NCBI GenBank assembly: GCA_034003985.1 | Contig: JAVEXP010000002.1 | Span: 208,789 to 272,788 of the forward strand | Length of the DNA stretch: 64,000 nt | Origin: Patescibacteria group bacterium | Lineage (GTDB): Bacteria; Patescibacteriota; Patescibacteriia; Buchananbacterales; UBA6539 | Direction of reading: 5' to 3' | Shown: positions 47,230 to 56,599 of the stretch, piece after piece | Numbering within the stretch: the stretch's first letter is position 1 | Layout of the letters: every line of letters begins with the position of its first letter | Program-made: the position numbers and the translations under genes | The notes under the pieces: generated by a model | What the model saw: only the letters and a program-made list of their open reading frames with translations | Databases searched by the model: none | What the model was told of the DNA's origin: nothing

Positions 47230-49107
47230 ATGAAACAAATAATCAACATAGCGAAGAATAATGTATTCGTTACGCTAGCGGCGGCTGTCGCCATTATTTT
47301 TATCACCGGTCAATTGGGATTCGGCAGTTTTTTAAGTAACCGCTTGGCTTTTGGTTATGGCGCGGGGCTGGGTTATTTGATCCGGCCGTTAATCGGCGTT
47401 AATCAGCCTTTGTTGATTCCGGATTATGGTCGGGAAGGTAGATTGTTTAGGAATTTTGGCAATACCAATGTTGAACTGGAAGTTCCTCCTCATTCAGTCC
47501 AAAGCCAAACTTTGTTTGATGTCAAACAATACAATGTCAGCTCGGCCGATAATGTTTGTGTTGGCAGTGGGGAAATCATCGGCGACAAAGCGTTTACTAT
47601 CGTTGCGACCAACCAGAATGACAATAATGTTAACAGCTTCGGCAATGATTTAACCATGTCGATTACCATGGCCGGTCTGCCACTTGATTCCAGTAATCTG
47701 GGGATCTATTATTTTAACGGCAACCACCAATGGGTGTTTGGCGGTCAGGCAGTTTTTAATATTGAAAACAGTAAAGTCACTTTTCAAACCAAGGACGCCG
47801 GCACTTTTGCCATTATTGAAGCCGCTGGCCTGCCCCGCCTAATTGAAAGTCAGGCGCGTTGTCAGGGCCAGGTTTTGGGTATTAAAGAATATGAAGAGGG
47901 TGCCATTCTGCGGACTTGCGACGCCCAAATGTATGAGATTAAAAATAGCCAGGCTGTCAGTATCGGCCGGTTGGAATTGACCAATCAGAGTTACCAAGGC
48001 AAGCCGGTCAATGATGTTGATTATGAAGTAATTGTTCGTTACACCAAGCCGGGAAGCGGTCCAGAACGCTATAAAGATTTTAACGACGGTGATTTATTGC
48101 GGACTTGCGACTGGAAAATTTATCGGGTGGAAGGCAATGTTTTTCGCCATATTGGCAGTCATACCGAGCTTCAATCAAAATACGAAGGCCAAGTTATTCA
48201 TAATGTTGATTACTGGCAGATTGCCAAATACCGCAATATCGATTACAGCCCTGAGCAGCTCAGCAGTAGTCAGGAGCAACAGGTTCTAGGGGCTAAAACT
48301 TACGCCGAGGGCACGATTCTGCGAACCTCTGATCTTAAAGTTTATGCTATGAAAGACGGTCAGCTGGTTTATCTGCGGGATTTGCCTATGTCTCAGACCA
48401 AATATTTGAATAATCCGATTTTTAATATTACTGATCAGGAATTCCAAGAAATCACGGGAGACACCAATCAGCAGTCAATTTTTGGATCCGATGCTCGGGT
48501 GTTAGGTGTCAAAAAATATGGGGTTGGCGCTTTATTGCGTACCCGTGACTGGAGAGTTTATCAAGTCGAAGTCAACGACCGGATTAGGTATATTACCAAT
48601 TTAGTTACGCCAAACGAGAACACTTATCAGGGTCGGGAAGTAATCGATGTTGATTATGGGGTATTAGCCCATTATGTTTTAGTCAGTGATGATGAGCCGT
48701 TTACCGCCACTACCGGTAAAGTCTTGGGTGCCAAGACTTATGCTGACGGCACTTTAGTTCGTATTGCCGAAGACGGCCGAATTTTCGTAGTCAATAATGG
48801 CAAGTTTAAACACATCGCCACTTTGGACGAATTAACCGAAAATTATCCCGGCGTTAAAGTCATCAATATCACTTTGGCTGATTTCAACTTGGCCCAAGGC
48901 CGTGAGTATACTACCGGCGGTCGGGTATTGGGTGTTAAAAAATATGGCAATAATGTTTTGTTAAAAACACCAGACTGGAAAGTCTACCAAATCACCGACG
49001 GCAAGATTCATCATATCGCCACTATTCCGGGAGCTCAGGATTACTACCAAGGCAAAGAAATCATTAATGTCGGTTATGAAGAATTAGCCCAATACGAAAG
49101 AATTTAA
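47230..49107 (+). CDS. secreted/surface repeat protein
   Basis: N-terminal signal/TM; six copies of (VLG.K.Y)..G.LLRT.D.K.Y....HI....I..VDY. Confidence 0.75.
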   Translation: MKQIINIAKNNVFVTLAAAVAIIFITGQLGFGSFLSNRLAFGYGAGLGYLIRPLIGVNQPLLIPDYGREGRLFRNFGNTNVELEVPPHSVQSQTLFDVKQYNVSSADNVCVGSGEIIGDKAFTIVATNQNDNNVNSFGNDLTMSITMAGLPLDSSNLGIYYFNGNHQWVFGGQAVFNIENSKVTFQTKDAGTFAIIEAAGLPRLIESQARCQGQVLGIKEYEEGAILRTCDAQMYEIKNSQAVSIGRLELTNQSYQGKPVNDVDYEVIVRYTKPGSGPERYKDFNDGDLLRTCDWKIYRVEGNVFRHIGSHTELQSKYEGQVIHNVDYWQIAKYRNIDYSPEQLSSSQEQQVLGAKTYAEGTILRTSDLKVYAMKDGQLVYLRDLPMSQTKYLNNPIFNITDQEFQEITGDTNQQSIFGSDARVLGVKKYGVGALLRTRDWRVYQVEVNDRIRYITNLVTPNENTYQGREVIDVDYGVLAHYVLVSDDEPFTATTGKVLGAKTYADGTLVRIAEDGRIFVVNNGKFKHIATLDELTENYPGVKVINITLADFNLAQGREYTTGGRVLGVKKYGNNVLLKTPDWKVYQITDGKIHHIATIPGAQDYYQGKEIINVGYEELAQYERI

Positions 49108-49122
49108 ACAATTTTGAAGATA

Positions 49123-49150
49123 AAAAAAGAGGGGTTTAGCCCCTCTTTTT
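49123..49150 (+). terminator. intrinsic terminator
   Basis: AAAAAGAGGGG/CCCCTCTTTTT. Confidence 0.75.
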
Positions 49151-49152
49151 AG

Positions 49153-49181
49153 TTGACCAGCAAAATTGTTTAATCTATAAT
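49153..49181 (+). promoter_or_regulatory. tRNA promoter
   Basis: TTGACC-17-TATAAT. Confidence 0.8.
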
Positions 49182-49193
49182 AATTATCTGTAT

Positions 49194-49268
49194 GGCCCGT
49201 TCGTCTAGTGGTTAGGACGCCAGGTTCTCATCCTGGTAACGGGGGTTCGATTCCCCCACGGGCTGCCA
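49194..49268 (+). tRNA. tRNA-Glu(CTC)
   Basis: acceptor GGCCCGT/ACGGGCT, anticodon arm CCAGG-TTCTCAT-CCTGG, T arm GGGGG-TTCGATT-CCCCC, encoded CCA. Confidence 0.96.
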
Positions 49269-50855
49269 CCGTGCATAAATCGAGGTTAACGCCTCGGTTT
49301 TTGCGTAGGTTGATTGTTTTTCTTTTGGTTCTAACCTTTGATATTCTTTTTCTAACTCTGGATACTTATTTTCAATAATTTGAAACCATTCATAAAGGTT
49401 CACATCTAATTGGCAGTTAAGCAGTTTGTGGTCTTTGCCCAAGGTAACTAATATCTTTCGCTTAGTTGCACAATCTCCCGTGCTAAACCTTGTTCGGGCA
49501 TATGTTGCAAAATCAAAAGTTTCTCGAGTCAGTTCTAACCAATCTTGGCTTTTTTTCTCAAGACTGTTTATTTCACTTTTAAGCTGTAAGATTTCTTCAA
49601 CAAGTTCGCTTTTACTTTTTTTGTATTCATCTTCATCTAGGACTTGGCGAATAAGGAGTTTTTTTAGATTTTCAAGCTGTAATTCCTTGTCCTTTAGCTT
49701 CCGTACCAACTTCTGTTCTTTTTTGAATTGATTATTAACTTCAAGCTCTTGCTCCTCATCTAGTACGTCAAGCGCCCAATTTAAAAATTTTGGCATTATG
49801 GTAATTTTTCCCAACACTGAGTTTACTTGCTCATCAAGCTTTTCTTGCCTAACTGTTTTTCTTTGGGAACAATCAACACCCCTTTTTCTACGAGTGCAAT
49901 TGTAGTAATCATAGTTTTGAAGTTGGTTGGTCTCTTTAATCAACTTAGTCTTTCGTTGAGCTACAATACTGCAACCGCACTCCGCACACTCCATTAAGCC
50001 AGAATAGGGGAAGTTAAACTTTCGTCGTATCTTTTTTGTTGGTCTGTTAAGTAATGCCTGAACTCTATAATACTCATCTAAGCTGATCATTGGTTCATGG
50101 CTTCCCGGATATTCCTCGCCGTTGTAAGTTAATGCTCCCGCATAGAATTTGTTTTTGAAAATCAGGTATAGGCCGCTTTGAGTTAAGGGACGACCGCCTG
50201 TATTTCTTCTTTTAAGAGTGGTAAAACTCCATTCGTTATTAAGCTTGTCTAGAATCTCAGCAACAGAGTAGTTTCCAGTTAACATCAACTTCCAGCACTG
50301 CTGTATTAGCTTGAAGCGTTTTTCATCTTTAACGATAGTATGATTTATGAGATCATTTTTGTAGCCAGAAGGCGGTACTCCTGGCCGCCAACCTTTTTCA
50401 ACTTTACTCCTCATGCCTCGTTTTACATGTTTACTAAGATCTCTGACATATTGATTGGCCATTCCACCTTCAACGCTTAGAAGTAGAGCATTATCATCAG
50501 GTGTATGCTTTTTATCAATGGTCTGTATCTCCTGGATTATGCCGTTTTGCAACAGCCACATGATTTGTCCACTATCAACTGTATTTCTTGATAGGCGGTT
50601 GAAATGCCAACAGAGAATAGCGTCTGCTTTGCCCTCATCAAGCATTTTAAGCATTTCGGTGAAAACAGGGCGTTGATAAGGTGCTTTGGCTGATTTAGAT
50701 TCTTTTAGAATCTTGGTAATTTTCAACCCTTGAATATCAGCCAATCGTTTAAGCTCCTTAATTTGGTCATCAATGGACTGAACTTGTCTTTCTCGTCCTT
50801 CGCTTGATTTTCGAGCGTAAAGGACATACCTCAATTGTTTTTTATTAGTTTCCAT
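49212..50855 (-). CDS. large serine recombinase (integrase); C-terminus overlaps the tRNA antisense
   Basis: YARKSS catalytic motif, NRLSRN, recombinase domain, CAECG..YYNC Zn ribbon, coiled coil. Confidence 0.93.
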   Translation of the reverse strand: METNKKQLRYVLYARKSSEGRERQVQSIDDQIKELKRLADIQGLKITKILKESKSAKAPYQRPVFTEMLKMLDEGKADAILCWHFNRLSRNTVDSGQIMWLLQNGIIQEIQTIDKKHTPDDNALLLSVEGGMANQYVRDLSKHVKRGMRSKVEKGWRPGVPPSGYKNDLINHTIVKDEKRFKLIQQCWKLMLTGNYSVAEILDKLNNEWSFTTLKRRNTGGRPLTQSGLYLIFKNKFYAGALTYNGEEYPGSHEPMISLDEYYRVQALLNRPTKKIRRKFNFPYSGLMECAECGCSIVAQRKTKLIKETNQLQNYDYYNCTRRKRGVDCSQRKTVRQEKLDEQVNSVLGKITIMPKFLNWALDVLDEEQELEVNNQFKKEQKLVRKLKDKELQLENLKKLLIRQVLDEDEYKKSKSELVEEILQLKSEINSLEKKSQDWLELTRETFDFATYARTRFSTGDCATKRKILVTLGKDHKLLNCQLDVNLYEWFQIIENKYPELEKEYQRLEPKEKQSTYAKTEALTSIYARWQPVGESNPRYQDENLAS

Positions 50856-51039
50856 ATTTTAGTGTGTTACATAATTAGTGGTTTCTTTACTTTTACCGTG
50901 TTAAGAAACCTAGACCTTGCACCTCGCCACGATAGGAGAGAGTGGGCTATCACAGAATTAATATAATCTGTTTTTGTGACAAGGTACATTTCTTCACGGT
51001 GGTGGTTAAAAGTAGCTACTATATATAACTACTGATTCT

Positions 51040-52017
51040 TTAACCACCAGAGGGATCAGCTATACTGTAGAGCTTTGCATTCTTTAGGCCGGCTTCACAT
51101 TTGATTGCTCCCTCAGATTCTAGTGATTTCAGAATCTTTTTCAATGTTGAATCGCCAATTTTAATGTCCATTAAATGAAGAAGTTCAAGTATCTCTTTTC
51201 TTTTAATTTGATCATTTTCACTTAGTACTTCAAGAATTAATTTTCGATAGTCGTCCCATGTCAATTTGGTTATTTCTCCCATGTAACGCAACTCTACCTT
51301 ATCGTCTGACTTTACTAACTCTATGCTGAAAGCCTTAATCTCTTCTTCAAACCTATTTTTGCTTTGAGTAATTGTTACTATTTTTTCTTCTCGATTAACC
51401 ATCAAGTGTGAATCTATCGCACCTAGTAAATCGGAGCTGCCACGCATATCTTGGTTACTTGCGCTTTGGTCTGAACCTTTCTTTCGATTGTGATGACAGA
51501 TTATTACTGTAAAGCCGTTAGCAGAAAGCATCCTGTAGCTTTTTAAGACTTGACTCATTTCAACAGCATCATTTTCATTAGCTTGATGAGTCCTTATTAA
51601 CGAATCTATAATAATGACTTTAACACCCCACTTTCGACATTCCGCCATTAAGTTGCTTATCCCGTCTTTTTGAATGTTAAAGCCCTTCAAAGATTTAAAA
51701 TGTATTGGCAGGTTGAAGTCATTAGCCATTAGTCCCATTCTTCTTTGTATTACACGCTCTGGATTTTCTTCGTCAATGACCATGACAGGCATTAGACTTG
51801 TTTCGAACTTACCCAAGAAATTTTGCCCTGAAGCAATGGCAATTGCCATATTATGAAGTATCCAAGTCTTACAGCTTCCTGCATAGCCCGAAACTATGGT
51901 CACAGCATCTAGGGGAACAAGCCCCTCTACAGCCCATTCCAGATCTGGGAATTTCTTGTTCATTAGCTCGGCAAGAGTAATCGTATCGTAGTTAGGTGTG
52001 AAATCAACGTAGTTCAT
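51040..52017 (-). CDS. AAA_25/RepA-like RecA-family helicase with C-terminal wHTH
   Basis: W.VEGLVP, SGYAGSCKT, IDEE, IIIDSL, HHNRK, RGSSD, KNR. Confidence 0.85.
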   Translation of the reverse strand: MNYVDFTPNYDTITLAELMNKKFPDLEWAVEGLVPLDAVTIVSGYAGSCKTWILHNMAIAIASGQNFLGKFETSLMPVMVIDEENPERVIQRRMGLMANDFNLPIHFKSLKGFNIQKDGISNLMAECRKWGVKVIIIDSLIRTHQANENDAVEMSQVLKSYRMLSANGFTVIICHHNRKKGSDQSASNQDMRGSSDLLGAIDSHLMVNREEKIVTITQSKNRFEEEIKAFSIELVKSDDKVELRYMGEITKLTWDDYRKLILEVLSENDQIKRKEILELLHLMDIKIGDSTLKKILKSLESEGAIKCEAGLKNAKLYSIADPSGG

Positions 52018-52193
52018 ATTTTTGATTTACTATTAAGCTTTTCAACATCTGCAGATGTAATTGGTTTATAAATTTCCTCAACCATAGTCAGTAGAGTATT
52101 TGCTAACTCTAAAGCAGCTTGATTTGATAATTGCTTGCCGAAAGTATCCGCATAGCACCTCTTGAATTTGTTTAGCTGTTTTTGATTTAACAT
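52014..52193 (-). CDS. 59-aa helical protein coupled to the helicase
   Basis: MLNQKQLNKFKRCYADTFGKQLS..A.E; ATGA overlap with the helicase start. Confidence 0.65.
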   Translation of the reverse strand: MLNQKQLNKFKRCYADTFGKQLSNQAALELANTLLTMVEEIYKPITSADVEKLNSKSKI

Positions 52194-52267
52194 AAAAATA
52201 CTCACCTGAGTGTGAGTATCATAGCATCCTAGGTTTGCGAAAAGTCGCACTTAGATTAATCTAAGTG

Positions 52268-52936
52268 TCACGTCAACTTTTGATTATACCTACTAAAAAC
52301 TTTTCTAAGATTTTGTTCTATTTTTTTTATCTCTTTATCTGATACATCGTTATCTCCCGCTAATTCTTGAGCAATAATTTCAGCCATTTTTTTGTACGAA
52401 GAAATTTTTTCAATTTTACCTTCCACGATATCTTTAATTCCGTTACGTTTTAAGTCAGTTCCTTCAATGTAAAGATAAAGATTATCTAGTGTTTCTCTGG
52501 TAGTGCGAGGTGTATTAATGTTTGGCCACAATTTCTCTTGTGCATTTTTAATACTTGGCAGAAGAGCATTTTTAACTTCTTCGCTGGTTGTGTGTGCATT
52601 GAATTCGATAATAGCTTTATTTTTTTGAACGCTAATGTTAACAGATTGACTTGGTACAAAAAGTTTTCCAGTAACAAGCCATGTAAAAATATAGGGATTC
52701 CAAAAGCTTCCCAATCCGTATTTTTTGGTTAAGTTGTCTATGTCTGTATCAAATTTATCTAAGTCTTTATTGCCATTGAGTTCAATAAATTTGTTCATGC
52801 TAATAGCTTTTTCACCGTCTCGTAACTGCCATTTTTTATCTATTGCATCAACATCATTACGAAAAGAGCTATTCTCGATGAATAGCCTTGTAAAGATAAA
52901 TAAATTCTTTTCGTATCCGCTTATATCTTTAGGCAT
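52268..52936 (-). CDS. hypothetical protein, possible C-terminal HTH regulator (alternative GTG start at 52969)
   Basis: open frame; C-terminal SYKKMAEIIA..IEQNLRK. Confidence 0.6.
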   Translation of the reverse strand: MPKDISGYEKNLFIFTRLFIENSSFRNDVDAIDKKWQLRDGEKAISMNKFIELNGNKDLDKFDTDIDNLTKKYGLGSFWNPYIFTWLVTGKLFVPSQSVNISVQKNKAIIEFNAHTTSEEVKNALLPSIKNAQEKLWPNINTPRTTRETLDNLYLYIEGTDLKRNGIKDIVEGKIEKISSYKKMAEIIAQELAGDNDVSDKEIKKIEQNLRKVFSRYNQKLT

Positions 52937-53052
52937 ACACTCTAAAGTCACCAGAATGACCCTGGTCACATTTTTTTTCTTATTTGTGTATGTTTTATCA
53001 AGGTATGACGGTTTTGTCCAGAGAGGGTGAATAAAGGACTTGAATTACTGGT

Positions 53053-53979
53053 TTAATCAAAAATTTCCATTTTTAAGCTTATAGTGCAATAAGGAGAAGA
53101 AAACACCTGCCGTTTCATATATTGGTCATAAATCTCGACACCATGTTCTTTAGTCCATTCATTTTCTATTAAATCTTTATTTTCTTTTACACCAGTGCCA
53201 TAATCTTCAATATTCCATTCATCTTCATATTTGATTTTATCTTCCTTAAATTCTTTTACTAAAGAACCCGGAAATTTTTTAACTCTACGCATAGGATCAA
53301 GTCGAGAGCTACTATTATGCATAATAATAAAAAATTCTAATACTGTGTTAAATGGAAATATAGAAAACTTATCTTCATCCATAACATCTCCATCGGGCAA
53401 AATTGTATGAAATCCTAGATACTCAGGCCTAATGACTAATGTATTTGAAATGTTATTGTCTTTATATTTTTTATGGTTAATCCATGAAAAAAAGTTTTTC
53501 GTTTCGAAAATATTACCTCTAATTTCTATATCATCAATAAATGTTTTGTAATGATCTGACCAAATTTGTTCCAAATTTGATAGGTGGTTGTAAAAATAAA
53601 CGAACCTAAAAGATTTACCATAAAGACTTTTATCTTCATCAGTATTTAAACTTTTATCTTTTTTTATTTCATTAACGAATTTTTCTGCGGTAGTCTTATT
53701 ATCTTTAGCTAGTTTTTTGATTATCTCGTGCCATTCGGGAGTTATTACAATGTCTAGTTTATAAGAGGGAGTTTTATATTTTTCCGCACCGACTATATCT
53801 ACTACACCAACTTCGTTTTCTACTTTTTTGAGCCGCCTATCTATTGAAAATAACATCCAGTATAAGGCCGCACCGACACCAATTGCCATTTTTGTACCTG
53901 GCGTAAAATCGGCGCTGAGAAAAAATATCACAACAACTATACCGATTGCCCATTTGATTAAATTATTTGATTTTTTCAT
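53053..53979 (-). CDS. hypothetical protein with two N-terminal TM helices
   Basis: 308 aa; directly downstream of the RNA motif at 54008-54137. Confidence 0.75.
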   Translation of the reverse strand: MKKSNNLIKWAIGIVVVIFFLSADFTPGTKMAIGVGAALYWMLFSIDRRLKKVENEVGVVDIVGAEKYKTPSYKLDIVITPEWHEIIKKLAKDNKTTAEKFVNEIKKDKSLNTDEDKSLYGKSFRFVYFYNHLSNLEQIWSDHYKTFIDDIEIRGNIFETKNFFSWINHKKYKDNNISNTLVIRPEYLGFHTILPDGDVMDEDKFSIFPFNTVLEFFIIMHNSSSRLDPMRRVKKFPGSLVKEFKEDKIKYEDEWNIEDYGTGVKENKDLIENEWTKEHGVEIYDQYMKRQVFSSPYCTISLKMEIFD

Positions 53980-54007
53980 AAGCTATAAACTTTTATTTAG
54001 TTAACAC

Positions 54008-54137
54008 AAAGCCCCACGCTAGCTAGGCCGAAGCCACATGCCCGTTTCCAGACATGACCCAAGATGAGTCGCTGAACGTGGGGTTCAGTATCATCTTGGG
54101 TTTTTAGACCATGCCCTGCGGAGCAGAGTTTAGGTCA
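54008..54137 (-). ncRNA. candidate structured RNA motif, copy A
   Basis: homologous in sequence and structure to 63865-63998; promoter TTTACA-17-TATTAT at 54182-54154. Confidence 0.7.
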
Positions 54138-54247
54138 TCTAGATTGTAGGTTAATAATAAAATATTTGCTTAACTTTGTAAATATTTACTTGATTTTTTG
54201 TCCAGAATGTGTAAAAATTATGTTACTAATTTTTAACCCATAATTCT

Positions 54248-54865
54248 ATGTCAAAAGAAAATCAAAAAGATGATCTTGAGGCTGTTAGACTTATTGCTGA
54301 GACCCTTGAGAATTTTTCAGATCAAGAACGTGAAAGGATAATTCGTTGGTCACTAGAAAAACTGGGGACAGAAGCAGGAAGCTTCCCCTCTGTGAAAACT
54401 AGCCCATCTGTGCAAACTGGTGTAGCCGAAATCGTTAATCAAAGTGCCTCGGCAAGTACAAACACAGATATCTTAAAACCAAAAGATATAAAAAGTTTTG
54501 TTGACAGTAAAGATCCAAAAAGTGATAAGGAGTTAGCAGCAGTGGTAGCTTTTTATTACGCGTTTGAAATGCCTGATGAGGAAAAGAAAGAGTCGATTGG
54601 ATCTAAAGATCTAACTGAAGCATGTCGTCTAGCTCAACGTAGACGGCCAAAAGACCCTGCCCAGACTTTAAGAAATTCTGCATATGCTGGTTATCTTGAT
54701 AATATTGAAAGAGGTCAGTATAAGATTAATTCCGTCGGTGAAAACTTGGTGGCCATGATTTTACCAGGCAAGGTTGAATCAACTCAGTTAAAAAACAAAA
54801 AGCCTCGAACAAACACGAAGAAAACACAATCGAAAAGAACTAAAAAATCTTCCAAGCGAAAATAA
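54248..54865 (+). CDS. hypothetical protein, probable wHTH-like domain
   Basis: AVVAFYY, EACRLA.RRRP..P.QTL.N..GYLD..G.YKINSVGENLV. Confidence 0.7.
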   Translation: MSKENQKDDLEAVRLIAETLENFSDQERERIIRWSLEKLGTEAGSFPSVKTSPSVQTGVAEIVNQSASASTNTDILKPKDIKSFVDSKDPKSDKELAAVVAFYYAFEMPDEEKKESIGSKDLTEACRLAQRRRPKDPAQTLRNSAYAGYLDNIERGQYKINSVGENLVAMILPGKVESTQLKNKKPRTNTKKTQSKRTKKSSKRK

Positions 54866-54871
54866 AGCTTT

Positions 54872-55687
54872 ATGGATTCACGCATAGATTCTATCAATAG
54901 CGCCATAGAGGAGATAACAAGACTAGCAAAATACCTAAAAGGGAGAAAAACCGTCCAAGTAAAAACTTTGGAAGAGAAACAGGTAATTGCTTCTACGGTC
55001 TACGCATGGATAAATAAACATAGAAAACTTTTTACTCAATCTTCTGGCAGTGCTGATTTAGATAACATAGATCAACTTTATCTATCGGTTTTGAGTCTCT
55101 CTGAACAAAGTGCTACTAGAAAAAAATATAGTGATATATTAAAGCTTCTAAAAAAAGCCTTAATAAGTTTTAGAGAACACATAATATCAAATGTCATAGT
55201 CAATCCTGTATATACCATGCCGGAGTTTTCAAGCTTGGTTGAAGATCAAAAAATGCAATCCATTCTTAAAAAAAGGTGGGACGAAATAAATAGATGTCTA
55301 CAAAATGAAGCATCACTTTCTGCAACCATAATGATGGGGGGAACACTAGAAGCCCTTCTATTGGCAAGGATTAACAAGCTGTCAAACAAAGACCCTATCT
55401 TTAAGTTAAAATCTACTCCGAAAGATGGTAAGACCAAAAAAGCTAAAAATTTATCGGATTGGACTCTCAATGATTATATTAATGTTTGTGCAGAGATGGG
55501 ATGGATAACAGAGCCAGCAAGACAAGTTAGCCAGATATTAAGAGACTATAGAAATATTATACATCCAGAAAAAGAGTACAGAAGTGGTATTAATATAGAC
55601 ACAAGTGATGCGCAGCTCTTTTATCAAATATTCTCACAGTTAACAGAGCAAATAGTTAAGACAAAAAATGATGGAATTACAAATTGA
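54872..55687 (+). CDS. protein with C-terminal HEPN-like (DUF4145/AbiC-type) domain
   Basis: SATIMMGGTLEALL, WTLNDYI, LRDYRNIIHP. Confidence 0.7.
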   Translation: MDSRIDSINSAIEEITRLAKYLKGRKTVQVKTLEEKQVIASTVYAWINKHRKLFTQSSGSADLDNIDQLYLSVLSLSEQSATRKKYSDILKLLKKALISFREHIISNVIVNPVYTMPEFSSLVEDQKMQSILKKRWDEINRCLQNEASLSATIMMGGTLEALLLARINKLSNKDPIFKLKSTPKDGKTKKAKNLSDWTLNDYINVCAEMGWITEPARQVSQILRDYRNIIHPEKEYRSGINIDTSDAQLFYQIFSQLTEQIVKTKNDGITN

Positions 55688-56411
55688 AGAAGTTCGGGAA
55701 TACTTAAATAAGTTATCAGGAGGTATTAACAACCACAAAGATGAGCTGTTCTCTTTGCACAAGGAAAACTCTTTTAATAAAAGATTTTCCATTGTTCTTA
55801 GTTCTTTCGAGGATCTTAGTGCTGTAGTAGATCAATTGAGCTTGAATATAAAGGAGTCGGTAGAAGTTGAAAAAGAAATACAGAGAAGGTGGTATAGAGA
55901 AGATAAAGACAAAATAACAAGTGAAGGCCAAAAACTCAGAAAAAAAGCACACAAATTAACGCTGCACTGTCAAAAGGACTTTAAATCTCTCTACATATTT
56001 TCAAAAATTTTTCTTGATAAATACACTAAACTATTTTCTTTCATTACTAAGTGGCGTGGCGTCGGGAATAGTTCAATAACATCATTTTTCAATGATTTGC
56101 TCAAATATGAAGGAGAAAAAAAAGAAATTATTCAATTCAAAGCAGAGTGCTTAAACGGTCTTAAGTCAGTAAACATTTTTTTGACTCAATATCGTGATAA
56201 ATTTGTTGTTCATCATGAAATTAATCAAGTTAACGGTCCATGGTTTATAAACTCAATGAATGGAGATATTAGATTTGTAAACGAAGGCGGTAGACCATCT
56301 GTTACTCCTGTGGAGTTATTGTTCGTAGTAAAAAATTATGTTTCAATTAGCACGAGTTACGTGACGAATTATTGGATTAATGAGTTAAAGGATATAAGTC
56401 CAGGGGTATAA
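55668..56411 (+). CDS. HEPN-like protein (Cthe_2314-type?)
   Basis: DFKSLYIFSKIFLD, YRDKFVVH (R-x5-H); all-helical character. Confidence 0.55.
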   Translation: MMELQIEEVREYLNKLSGGINNHKDELFSLHKENSFNKRFSIVLSSFEDLSAVVDQLSLNIKESVEVEKEIQRRWYREDKDKITSEGQKLRKKAHKLTLHCQKDFKSLYIFSKIFLDKYTKLFSFITKWRGVGNSSITSFFNDLLKYEGEKKEIIQFKAECLNGLKSVNIFLTQYRDKFVVHHEINQVNGPWFINSMNGDIRFVNEGGRPSVTPVELLFVVKNYVSISTSYVTNYWINELKDISPGV

Positions 56412-56599
56412 ATTTATATAATTGTGGTGTCTAAAAATCTAAACTCCACTTTTTGAGATTACACTTCTAACCAACGAAACCGTGCTCTGCCAGATGAAAA
56501 ATAGTACCAAGCGACCCGAGTGGGCTATTTTAGCGAAATTTTTTTGAGTCATTTTTTAGATTTATCCACAACCCAATAAGGAATAGAACTAAATTATTT

